A stretch of DNA of 25,269 nt from Deferrisomatales bacterium (GCA_033551855.1 JAWSUI010000051.1:1-25269); one strand, 5' to 3'. Positions 1-7,329 are shown, counted from the first letter of the stretch. A program made the numbers and translations. The notes: generated by a model from the letters alone, not told the origin.

Positions 1-489
1 GCGGTAGCCCCCCAGCTCAGCCCGAAGTGGCGCATGCTGCCGGAGACCCCCGTGGGCATCGCCTCGAACTGGTCCGAGCGCCACGCCGCCTACGCCGCCG
101 GGCTCGGCACCTTCAGTCTGAACGACGCCCTCATCACGCCGAAGGGCATCGCGCACCGCGTCGGCAGCGTGGTCACCGACCTGGTGGTGCCGCCGAGCGC
201 GCGGCCCTACCCGGAGCGCCGCCACAACTGCCTCTTCTTCCGCGAGGGCACCTGCGGCACGTGCGTCACGCGATGCCCCGCCGGCGCCCTGTCGGAGGCG
301 GGGCACGACAAGGCGAAGTGCCGGCAGTACGTGTACGGAACGGTCATGGAGGAGCTCGGAACCGCCCTGGGCGTCCCGGAGGCCGGGTGCGGGCTGTGCC
401 AGACCGCGGTGCCCTGCGAGAGCCGGATTCCGAAGGGGAAGGGCGATGGATCCGGCGGCCAGGGACGCGCCGCGCATTTTTCCTATTGA
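1..489 (+). CDS. Epoxyqueuosine reductase (QueG)/reductive-dehalogenase-like 2x[4Fe-4S] protein, 5'-truncated by the window edge
   Basis: Frame 1 is open from base 1. It shows WSERHAAYAAGLGTFSLN..ITPKG..RVGSVVTD plus the Fe-S motifs C-x7-CGTCVTRCP and C..CGLCQTAVPC, typical of QueG-like proteins. Stop TGA at 487-489. Confidence 0.8.
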   Translation, partial: AVAPQLSPKWRMLPETPVGIASNWSERHAAYAAGLGTFSLNDALITPKGIAHRVGSVVTDLVVPPSARPYPERRHNCLFFREGTCGTCVTRCPAGALSEAGHDKAKCRQYVYGTVMEELGTALGVPEAGCGLCQTAVPCESRIPKGKGDGSGGQGRAAHFSY

Positions 490-504
490 CAGTAACGTAA
501 CGGT
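486..504 (+). promoter_or_regulatory. -35 box (TTGACA) overlapping a putative MerR-family operator ACAGTAACGTAACGGT
   Basis: Perfect TTGACA at 486-491. The 16-bp pseudo-palindrome at 489-504 is self-complementary at 12/16 positions and lies directly upstream of the merR-like gene. A second copy is at 1498-1513. Confidence 0.65.
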
Positions 505-532
505 ATGCTCTTCTCTACCAAGGGAGGACGCC

Positions 533-1009
533 ATGACTGAACGAACCGCGCATCTGCTCCAGATCGGCGAGGTGGCCCGCCAGGCCGGGGTCACGGTGCG
601 GACGATTCGCTACTACTTGGAAGAGGGCTTCCTCGAAGCCGCGGAGCGAAGCCCCGGCGGGTTCTATCTCTTCGAAGACCAGGCGGTGGAGACCGCCCGC
701 TACGTCCAGAGCCTCAACGACCTGGGATTTCCCCTGAAGGAGATCAAGGCGCTGCTCCAGATCCGCCGGGACAAAGCGACCGGCGACGAGGCCCACGGGC
801 CCGTGCTCCAGCGGCTCGCCGAGCAGCGCAAGCGCCTGGTCCAGCGGATCCAGGAGTCCTCGCGGCTCTTGGGAGAGCTGGACGAGGCCATCGACCTTGT
901 GGGGCAGTGCCGGGGCTGCCGGAAGAAGCCGAACCGGAAGAACTGCCGTTCCTGCGAGGCGATCGCCAAGTGGAAGGACCTGCCTCTGCCCTATGCGGCG
1001 ATCCTGTGA
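533..1009 (+). CDS. MerR-family transcriptional regulator with a C-terminal Cys cluster
   Basis: ATG 533 follows GGAGG. HTH LQIGEVARQAGVTVRTIRYYLEEGFL..RSPGGFYLF, GFPLKEIK, a coiled coil, and the tail CRGC-x8-CRSC. Confidence 0.92.
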   Translation: MTERTAHLLQIGEVARQAGVTVRTIRYYLEEGFLEAAERSPGGFYLFEDQAVETARYVQSLNDLGFPLKEIKALLQIRRDKATGDEAHGPVLQRLAEQRKRLVQRIQESSRLLGELDEAIDLVGQCRGCRKKPNRKNCRSCEAIAKWKDLPLPYAAIL

Positions 1010-1061
1010 AGCCGCCGGCAGCACCCCGAACGGGCCCCCGTGGGGCCCCTGGACACGGACC

Positions 1062-1361
1062 ATGACACTGCCCCCTGGAATCTGGGTGACCGCGCTGCGA
1101 ACCTCGCTTGTGGTGGGTACCGCCCTGACCGCGATCAACCACGGGGCCGCCCTCGCGGCCGCCCCGCCCACGGGGGTGCGCCTCCTCCAACTGGCGCTGT
1201 GCTACGCCGTGCCCTTTGGGGTGTCCGTCCATTCCCAGCTCTCCTTGAGCCGGCGCGCCGAAGGTGGTTGCTTTCCCCGGCCGGAGGCGGCGACAACGGC
1301 CGTTTCCGAGTCCCGGCGGAGGGCGCGAGGGGGCGCCGTGGCGCCGCTGGGCGAGGGCTGA
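1062..1361 (+). CDS. Small membrane protein, NrtS (nitrate/nitrite transporter)-like family
   Basis: ATG 1062. The sequence ALRTSLVVGTALTAINHG...LALCYAVPFGVSVHSQ matches the NrtS pattern as I recall it (A..V...VGT.L..IN.G...Y.VP..VS). Two hydrophobic segments. Confidence 0.65.
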   Translation: MTLPPGIWVTALRTSLVVGTALTAINHGAALAAAPPTGVRLLQLALCYAVPFGVSVHSQLSLSRRAEGGCFPRPEAATTAVSESRRRARGGAVAPLGEG

Positions 1362-1497
1362 TGCACCGGGGCCTCTGGCCGCCCCGGGGGAAGAGCAGGC
1401 GGGGAGGAAGCGTTCTGGTGCTCCGGGCTGCGCCTCCCGCGAGCTGCGCGGCGTGAGGGCTCCGGGCGGCGAGAGGATGCATTGGGCCACAGACAAT

Positions 1498-1513
1498 ACA
1501 GTAACGGAACCGT
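1498..1513 (+). promoter_or_regulatory. Second copy of the putative MerR-family operator (ACAGTAACGGAACCGT)
   Basis: 14/16 identical to 489-504. It is an AT-richer patch 21 nt upstream of the methyltransferase ATG. Confidence 0.6.
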
Positions 1514-1534
1514 GCCCGACGAGAGGAGACCGCC

Positions 1535-2575
1535 ATGCCTGCTGCGATGAGTTCCCTGGAACGAGTGGCTACCGCCGTCCAATTGAAGGAGCCGGACCGG
1601 GTGCCGGTGATCCCGGTGCTCATGATTCGTGCCCTGCGGGCTGCGGGCCTTCAGGCTACGCGGGAGACGCTGCACGACCCGGAAACCATGGCCGAGGCCA
1701 AGCTCGAGGCTTTTCGCCGGTTCGGCGGCGACGCCCTGGTCGCGGGCACCGGGCTCAACGTGGAGGCTGAAGCCCTCGGGTGCGAGATGGAGTACCAGGA
1801 GGAGGAGATCCCCGTGGTGGTCCGGCGTCCCCTGGAGGACGCGCCCGCGTTCGACCGCATAGCCGAGCTGGGCCTGGACAAAGGCCGGGTCCGGGCGGTG
1901 GCCGAAGAGGTGGAGATCCTCAACCGGGAGTGGGGCACTCGGGCCGTGGTGGGGGTCTGCTGCAGCGGGCCCTTCTCCACGGCCATGGAGCTGCGGGGCC
2001 TGGCCGCCGGGGTACAGGACATGGCGGCCGACCCCGCCTACGCGGGGCGTCTCCTCGATTGGGTCACGGATCAGATCATCCGGTACGTCGACCTCCTGAT
2101 CGACCACGGCGCGCTGGCGATCAACATGCTCGATCCCCTGTGCAGCAGCGACGTCATCTCTCCTCAGACCTACCGCGACTGGGTGCTGCCCCGGCACCGG
2201 CGGGTGATGGAGCACGTGCGCTCCCGGCAGCGGGTTCCCATCGTGCACGTCTGCACGCACACGGGGCCCATCTGGGCCGACCTGGCCGCGACCGGTGCCT
2301 TGGCCTTCCACGGCGATATCCGCCCGAGCCTGGAGGCGTGCAAACGAGAGATCGGCGGACGCCTGTGCCTGATCGGTAACGTCGACCCCGTGGAGGTCCT
2401 CCTCTACGGCGACCCCGGCCAGGTGACCGAGGCGGCCCAGGCGTGCATCCGCGCGGCGGGCCCGGGCGGCGGCTTCGTCCTCGCCGCCGGCTGCGACACG
2501 GGCTACGACGTGCCCGACGAGAACCTCCACGCCCTGGTGGAGGCGGCCCGGCGCAGCACCTATCCCCTGACGTAA
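1535..2575 (+). CDS. MtaA/CmuA-family (uroporphyrinogen decarboxylase fold) corrinoid-dependent methyltransferase
   Basis: PDRVPVIP, VEAEALGC, GPFSTA, Zn-ligand motif HVC (HxC), GNVDP and GGGFVLAAGCD (third Zn Cys). RBS AGGAGA. Confidence 0.9.
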   Translation: MPAAMSSLERVATAVQLKEPDRVPVIPVLMIRALRAAGLQATRETLHDPETMAEAKLEAFRRFGGDALVAGTGLNVEAEALGCEMEYQEEEIPVVVRRPLEDAPAFDRIAELGLDKGRVRAVAEEVEILNREWGTRAVVGVCCSGPFSTAMELRGLAAGVQDMAADPAYAGRLLDWVTDQIIRYVDLLIDHGALAINMLDPLCSSDVISPQTYRDWVLPRHRRVMEHVRSRQRVPIVHVCTHTGPIWADLAATGALAFHGDIRPSLEACKREIGGRLCLIGNVDPVEVLLYGDPGQVTEAAQACIRAAGPGGGFVLAAGCDTGYDVPDENLHALVEAARRSTYPLT

Positions 2576-2593
2576 CCCCCGAGGAGGAGCGAC

Positions 2594-3244
2594 ATGAACA
2601 TCACCGAGCTGGCCCGGTCCCTGGAGGACCTGAAGGACGCCGAGACCCTGAATCTGACCCGTGAGGTGCTGGCGGAGGGTCATCCCCCAAAGGAGGTTCT
2701 GCTCCGGGGCCTGTGCGCCGGGATGGACCGCGTGGGCGAGCGGTACGCCCGCAGGGAATACTTCGTGCCCGATATGCTGCGGGCCTCCCAGATCTTCAAC
2801 CAAGCCCTGGCGATCCTCGAGCCGCTCCTGGCCCGGGAGCCTGCGGAGCCCTTTGCCCGGGGGGCCATCGGGGTGGTGAAGGGCAACACCCAGGACAACG
2901 GCAAGAACATTGTGAGGATCCTGCTGCGGGCCAACGGGGCGGAGGTGGAGGACCTCGGCAAGTCGGTGCCAGCGGAGAAGTTCGTGGACGCGGCGCGCGG
3001 CGGCGCCGACTTCGTCGGAATCTCGGTGATGACGAGTGGCGGCGTCGGCCAGGCGCGGAAGGTGGTCGAGGCGCTGGCGGCCGAGGGTCTGCGCCACCGG
3101 GTCAAGGTGCTGGTGGGCGGGGCCGCGGTGAACGAACGAACCGCCGCGGACCTCGTCGGCGCGGACGGCTACGCCGCGGACGCGGCGGCCGCCGTGGCCC
3201 TGGTGCGCCGGTGGTTCGCAGGCGAAGGGGCAGATCATGTCTGA
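2594..3244 (+). CDS. Corrinoid (B12)-binding methyl-carrier protein with an atypical NTQxxG motif
   Basis: Cap domain GLCAGMDRVGERYARREYFVPDM, then B12 domain GVVKGNTQDNGKNIV..LRANGAEVEDLG, GISVMT, KVLVGGA, GADGYAADA. RBS GAGGAG. Confidence 0.92.
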   Translation: MNITELARSLEDLKDAETLNLTREVLAEGHPPKEVLLRGLCAGMDRVGERYARREYFVPDMLRASQIFNQALAILEPLLAREPAEPFARGAIGVVKGNTQDNGKNIVRILLRANGAEVEDLGKSVPAEKFVDAARGGADFVGISVMTSGGVGQARKVVEALAAEGLRHRVKVLVGGAAVNERTAADLVGADGYAADAAAAVALVRRWFAGEGADHV

Positions 3245-4139
3245 CTGTGCCAAGATCCAGGTGGGGGAGCACTGGCTCGGCGGCGCGGTGGGGGAGCACC
3301 CCACGGCGATCATCGGGACCATCTTCTCCGGGGCCCAGCGTTTTCTGGAGGATCCCGAAGAAGGCCGGTTCGGGGCCCCGGAAGCCCTGCGCCAGATCGA
3401 GCGGGGGGCGACTGCCTGCCGCAGGACCGCCGTCCCCTACCTGCTGGACGTGGTGGCCGAGACGCCGCGGGCGATGGAGCGGGAGCTGTCCTTCGTCGTC
3501 GCGGAAACCAGCCTGCCGTTCCTGATCGACGCGAGCGACGAAGCGGTGCGCTTGGCCGGCTTGCGCGCGGCCGACCGGCTCGGTGCGCTGGGACGCACCG
3601 TCTACAACTCGATAGGGCCGGACGCCCCGGACGAAGAGCTGGAGCTGCTGGCGCGGCTCCGGCCCGCGGCCATCGTCGTCTCCACCATGGACCCGGCCAA
3701 CTTCGGCGCCGCCTCGGCGCTGGAGGTGCTCCGAGAGGTCGAGGCCCGCCTCTCACCGGCGCTTCACGGCAGGCTGCTGCTCGACGTGGGCTTCCTGGAC
3801 GAGGCGTCGCCGGGCGTATCCTGCCGGGCGGCACAGGAGCTCCGCCGCTCTGCGGGGCTGCCCGTGGGGGGTGCCCCGTGCAACGGCCTCCAGATGTGGG
3901 AAGACCTCAAGACCCTGGGGGAGGGTGCCTTCGTGGCGGCCCTGGCCGCGACCCTCGGGTACTGCGCGGCCTTCGGCCTCGACTTCCTGTTCGCCGGCCC
4001 GCTCCGGCGCATCCCAGACGTCGCCCCGGCCCTGGCGGCCGCCGGCGTGTACAACCGGTATGCCCTGGTGAGCGAAACCGGGCGGCGCGACCTCTCCGGC
4101 GAACACCCCATCCGCGCCCTGTTTGGCGCGACTCCCTGA
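3237..4139 (+). CDS. MtrH/CmuB/MecF-like methylcorrinoid:pterin (tetrahydrofolate) methyltransferase
   Basis: N-terminus IQVGEHWLGGAVGEHPTAIIGTIF..EDPEEGRF resembles MtrH (GGQPGE.PT.L.G.IF). Also PFLID, VYNSI, GLPVGGAPCN, DFLFAGP and C-terminal HPI. Overlaps the upstream gene by 8 nt (ATGTCTGA). Confidence 0.85.
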   Translation: MSDCAKIQVGEHWLGGAVGEHPTAIIGTIFSGAQRFLEDPEEGRFGAPEALRQIERGATACRRTAVPYLLDVVAETPRAMERELSFVVAETSLPFLIDASDEAVRLAGLRAADRLGALGRTVYNSIGPDAPDEELELLARLRPAAIVVSTMDPANFGAASALEVLREVEARLSPALHGRLLLDVGFLDEASPGVSCRAAQELRRSAGLPVGGAPCNGLQMWEDLKTLGEGAFVAALAATLGYCAAFGLDFLFAGPLRRIPDVAPALAAAGVYNRYALVSETGRRDLSGEHPIRALFGATP

Positions 4140-4180
4140 AGACCGATGGATCGTTCCACACAACCCAAGGAGAAAGACGC

Positions 4181-4834
4181 ATGAACGTACTTGGCATCTC
4201 CGGCTCCCCCGTCCCCAACAGCAACACGGACCGCGCCGTGCAGGCAGTGCTCGGCGCCACGGGCCTCGACAGCGAGTTCATCAAGCTCACCCGCCTGCAG
4301 GTGGCCCCCTGCCGGGCCTGTCTGGGTTGCGTGAAGACCAACCGGTGTGTCATTCCCGACGACGGCATCGATCTGGCAGAGAAGGTGAAGGCCGCCGACG
4401 CGGTGGTCGTGGGTTGCTACACCCCCTATTCCACCATCGACTCCCGGACCAAGGCGTTCTTGGAGCGCCTCTACCCCCTGCGCCACCAGTACGGGTTCCT
4501 GCACGGAAAGCCCGTGGCCGCGGTGGTGACCTCAGCCATCCCCCCTGCTACGCAGGGAATGCCTCCGGCCGGGGACATGGGGGTGAATGCCGTCCGCTTC
4601 TTTGCGCTCGAAGAGGGCATGAACTTCGTGGGCGCCGTGACCCAGATCGGGAACGTGCCGTGCTTCCGGTGCGGCTCCGAGAGCGATTGCGAGACCTCGG
4701 GGCTCAAGATGATCCACGGCCCCCTGGCGACCCTGGACTCGGTGGGGGCCAACTGTTTCGAGGAATCCGAGGTGGCCCGGGCCGCGGCGGAGGCCCTGGG
4801 GAGGACCATCCGGGAGGCGTTGGGGGCGCGGTAG
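4181..4834 (+). CDS. Iron-sulfur flavoprotein (Isf)/NADPH-dependent FMN reductase-family flavodoxin
   Basis: ATG 4181 follows AAGGAG. MNVLGISGSP..NSNT FMN-binding start, CRACLGC-x5-C Fe-S motif, and an extra CFRC-x5-C. Confidence 0.88.
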   Translation: MNVLGISGSPVPNSNTDRAVQAVLGATGLDSEFIKLTRLQVAPCRACLGCVKTNRCVIPDDGIDLAEKVKAADAVVVGCYTPYSTIDSRTKAFLERLYPLRHQYGFLHGKPVAAVVTSAIPPATQGMPPAGDMGVNAVRFFALEEGMNFVGAVTQIGNVPCFRCGSESDCETSGLKMIHGPLATLDSVGANCFEESEVARAAAEALGRTIREALGAR

Positions 4835-4955
4835 CGGTCCGCGGCTTCGCCGAGGACATCAATGCGTTCGGCCGGGAGGCGCGACCCCGGCGGCACGGCG
4901 GGGCGAATCCGCAAAGGAGCCACACCGGGAGTACGGTTGGGCCGTGCCGGCCCGC

Positions 4956-5300
4956 TCAGCCTCCGCAGCCACCCAGGGCCTGCCGGGCGATCGCTTCGGG
5001 CGGCGCCGGCAGAAGGGGCGCCAGGCTGCGCACCAGCTCCCGGGTCCACGCCTCGCTGCGGCCCAGGCGCCGGACGAACTCGGCGTCCTCGGGGTAGCGG
5101 GAGCGCAGCGAGGCGAAGCGGGCGTCGAGGGTCGTGGGGCGCTCGCCCTCCACCAGGAAGTCGGCCAGGGGGACGAGGGCTTCCCTGGGGCTCCGGGGCA
5201 GGCGCTCGCCGTCCCGGAAGCCCATCACGCCGCTTCCCGGGTTCCCGTCGGCGAAGACGAAGATGCTGTCCACGGCCAGCGCCTCCACGAGCCTCGCCGT
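4956..5300 (-). pseudogene. Probable C-terminal fragment of an HD-domain phosphohydrolase-like gene
   Basis: LPRSPREALVPLADFLVEGERPTTLDARFASLRSRY resembles the C-terminal half of HDIG-type proteins (P...E..V.LAD..V.G...VTL..RF..LR.RY). No credible start or HD motif in frame. The 5' boundary is approximate. Confidence 0.35.
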
Positions 5301-5455
5301 GCCGGAAGAGGGGCCACGTGCATCCCCTCGGCGATGGCCGGCGAGGATGCGTCGGTCACGATGTAGCGCCTGCCCGAGTAGCACTCGTGGAGGCTCTGTT
5401 GCGATCCGTGTGGGTTCGCGTAGCCGCTGAACTCGGGAATACGGCTGGTTCACCC

Positions 5456-5527
5456 GTAGGGGCGCACCGCGTGCGCCCGCCCTCGGGCCCACCCCGAACC
5501 CTCCGGGCGCACGCTGTGCGCCCCTAC
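5456..5527. repeat. GTAG-family REP doublet (REPIN-like inverted pair)
   Basis: GTAGGGGCGCACCGCGTGCGCCC (5456-5478) and its inverse GGGCGCACGCTGTGCGCCCCTAC (5505-5527) are 22/23 identical. Each has an internal palindrome. Confidence 0.8.
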
Positions 5528-5737
5528 GCGCCCGGACCCCGGGGTTGGTTTCCCCGTGGGTCGACCCACACGATCCGGAAGAGACCAGAGACGGGGACGT
5601 CCTTTTCTAATTGAGTTTCCGGCCGCGCTTCGGCACTCGGAAGACCCCACAACGAGTCGATCGCCGCACCCGTACACGGTCGGATCGCGAGGCGGCCCTG
5701 GCGTCGAGGCGGCGGTGGGGTTGAAGGCCGTTCGGAG

Positions 5738-6045
5738 CCCAGTTTGACAGCGACTGCTGACATGGCAGCGGAAACCGTAGGCATTCCGGTGCCTTGAGCG
5801 CATGGGCGATTTGGGCCGTGTATGTAGGGGGTCAGGTGACCCAATGGATCGCGGGTGGATTCTTGATCGCTAGGGATTTCAGGCGGTTGTGTGCTGCAGG
5901 GCGGGGTTCGGTGACCTGCCGGACGGTGCCGTGGGCGCTCGACAATTGAGCAAGTTTGATGTGCTTGAGGTCGTCGCGGATGTTGCGCCAGGTGTCCTGG
6001 CAGGCGTGCTCGGCGGCCCGCTCCAGGAGCAGGGCGAGCACGGTC
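5738..6045 (-). mobile_element. IS1634-family remnant (transposase C-terminus plus probable right end)
   Basis: ORF 5832-6041 (VLALLLERAAEHACQDTWRNIRDDL..IKL..G.V.QVTE...L.SL.IK.PP) resembles the IS1634 transposase C-terminus. CTGTCAAACTGGG on the minus strand at 5738-5750 resembles IS1634-type ends. The 5' part is missing. Confidence 0.6.
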
Positions 6046-6129
6046 AGGAAAAGAAGAAAGGTGACAGGCCGCCGTAGAAGCTGCCTGCCCCTTTTCGTGC
6101 TTCTTCTCGGGGCCCTGCAGGATGTCGGG

Positions 6130-7287
6130 TCACGGGGACCCGGCCGGCGTCAGCCGGGCCGGCTCCTCCAGGATCTCGAGGATCTCCCGGCAGCAGTACA
6201 CCCGGTCGCGCCGTGCCTCCGAGGTGGGGGCGAGGATCGAGAGGGAAACGAGCTTCTCCACCGCCCGCTGGGCCGTGGTGTAGGCGACGCCCAACCGCTC
6301 GGCGGCGCGGGTGACGGTCCAGAAGGGGTTCTCCGCCAGGCGATCCACCAGGGCGGTCACCACCCTGGAAGGGCTCCCTGCGGCCGCCAGCCGCCACCCG
6401 GTGAGAAGGCCGTTGATCCGCTCGGCGCGGCTGAGGGCGTCTTCGGCCTGGCGGGCCACGCCGTTCAGGAAGTGGGCGAGCCACTCGGGCCACGCACCGC
6501 GCGCACTGACGTCCAGGAGCCGCGCATAGTACTCCTGGCGCGTGGCCTCGAAGAAGGCGCTGAGATAGAGGAGCGGCGTCGGCAGGATCCCACGCTCGAC
6601 GAGGAGCAAGGTAACGAGGACCCTCCCGATGCGCCCGTTCCCGTCCAGGAACGGGTGGATCGCCTCGAACTGATAGTGGCACAGGGCCACGTGGACGAGC
6701 GGGGGCAACGTCCGATCGTGCAGGAATGCCTCCCAGGCTCCCAACGCCGACGGGAGCTCGGCCGGCGGCGGCGGGACGTAGAAGGCGTTGGCCAAGGTGC
6801 AGCCGGCGGGCCCGATCCAGTTCTGAGAGCGGCGAAACTCCCCCGGGGTGGCGTGGTGCCCCCGTACTCCCTCCGTGAGATGGGCGTGGAGCTCGCGCAC
6901 CAGGCGCAGCGAGAGCGGCAGGCTCCGCAGGCGCTCGATGCCGAACTCCAGCGCCGACACGCAGTTCCCGACCTCGTGGAGATCCTCGGGCGCCCGCTCC
7001 ACGGCCGCACCCGCCTCTGCCGCGAGGAGCTCTCCCAGGGTGGCCCGGGTGCCCTCGATCCGGCTCGAGAGCACCGCCTCCCGCCGCAGGAAGGACCGGA
7101 GCAACAAGTGGCGGTTGGGCAGTCGCCCCCCCTCTCCGGCGAGCCTCCCGATCGCACGATCGGCGTCCGACAGCGCCCGAACCAAGCCGAGACTCCACTC
7201 CAGGGATGGCGGCAGCGGATCGGGAACGAAGGCGGTGTGCCCCTCCGGGCATGGGATCGTTCGCCCGGGGCGTTTCCGAGTGGTCAC
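6130..7287 (-). CDS. Fic/DOC family protein (AMP-transferase) with an N-terminal Fic_N domain and C-terminal HTH
   Basis: Canonical HPFLDGNGRIGR. The N-terminal region carries EAVLSSRIEGT (inhibitory SxxxEG motif) and PGEFRRSQNWIG. GTG start follows AAGGAG. Confidence 0.93.
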   Translation of the reverse strand: MTTRKRPGRTIPCPEGHTAFVPDPLPPSLEWSLGLVRALSDADRAIGRLAGEGGRLPNRHLLLRSFLRREAVLSSRIEGTRATLGELLAAEAGAAVERAPEDLHEVGNCVSALEFGIERLRSLPLSLRLVRELHAHLTEGVRGHHATPGEFRRSQNWIGPAGCTLANAFYVPPPPAELPSALGAWEAFLHDRTLPPLVHVALCHYQFEAIHPFLDGNGRIGRVLVTLLLVERGILPTPLLYLSAFFEATRQEYYARLLDVSARGAWPEWLAHFLNGVARQAEDALSRAERINGLLTGWRLAAAGSPSRVVTALVDRLAENPFWTVTRAAERLGVAYTTAQRAVEKLVSLSILAPTSEARRDRVYCCREILEILEEPARLTPAGSP

Positions 7288-7329
7288 GGTCGGGCTCCTT
7301 CTTTGCGCACGCGAGAACAGCGAGCGGAT

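Noticed and set aside
1535..2575. Calling this gene hemE (uroporphyrinogen decarboxylase)
   Set aside because: It lacks the HemE W.MRQAGR motif, has HxC...C zinc ligands, and sits beside a corrinoid protein.
1202..3322. 706-aa minus-strand ORF, and similar long ORFs (17670-20450, 18868-21714, 22808-24967, 5956-7947, 13400-15205)
   Set aside because: These are antisense or alternate-frame shadows of well-supported genes, as expected in high-GC DNA. They are low-complexity R/G/P/A-rich with no motifs.
3237..4139. Interpreting the MtrH-like gene as evidence of methanogenesis or an archaeal Mtr complex
   Set aside because: No other mtr subunits are present, the surrounding genes are bacterial, and stand-alone MtrH homologs act as methyl-THF-forming methyltransferases in bacteria.
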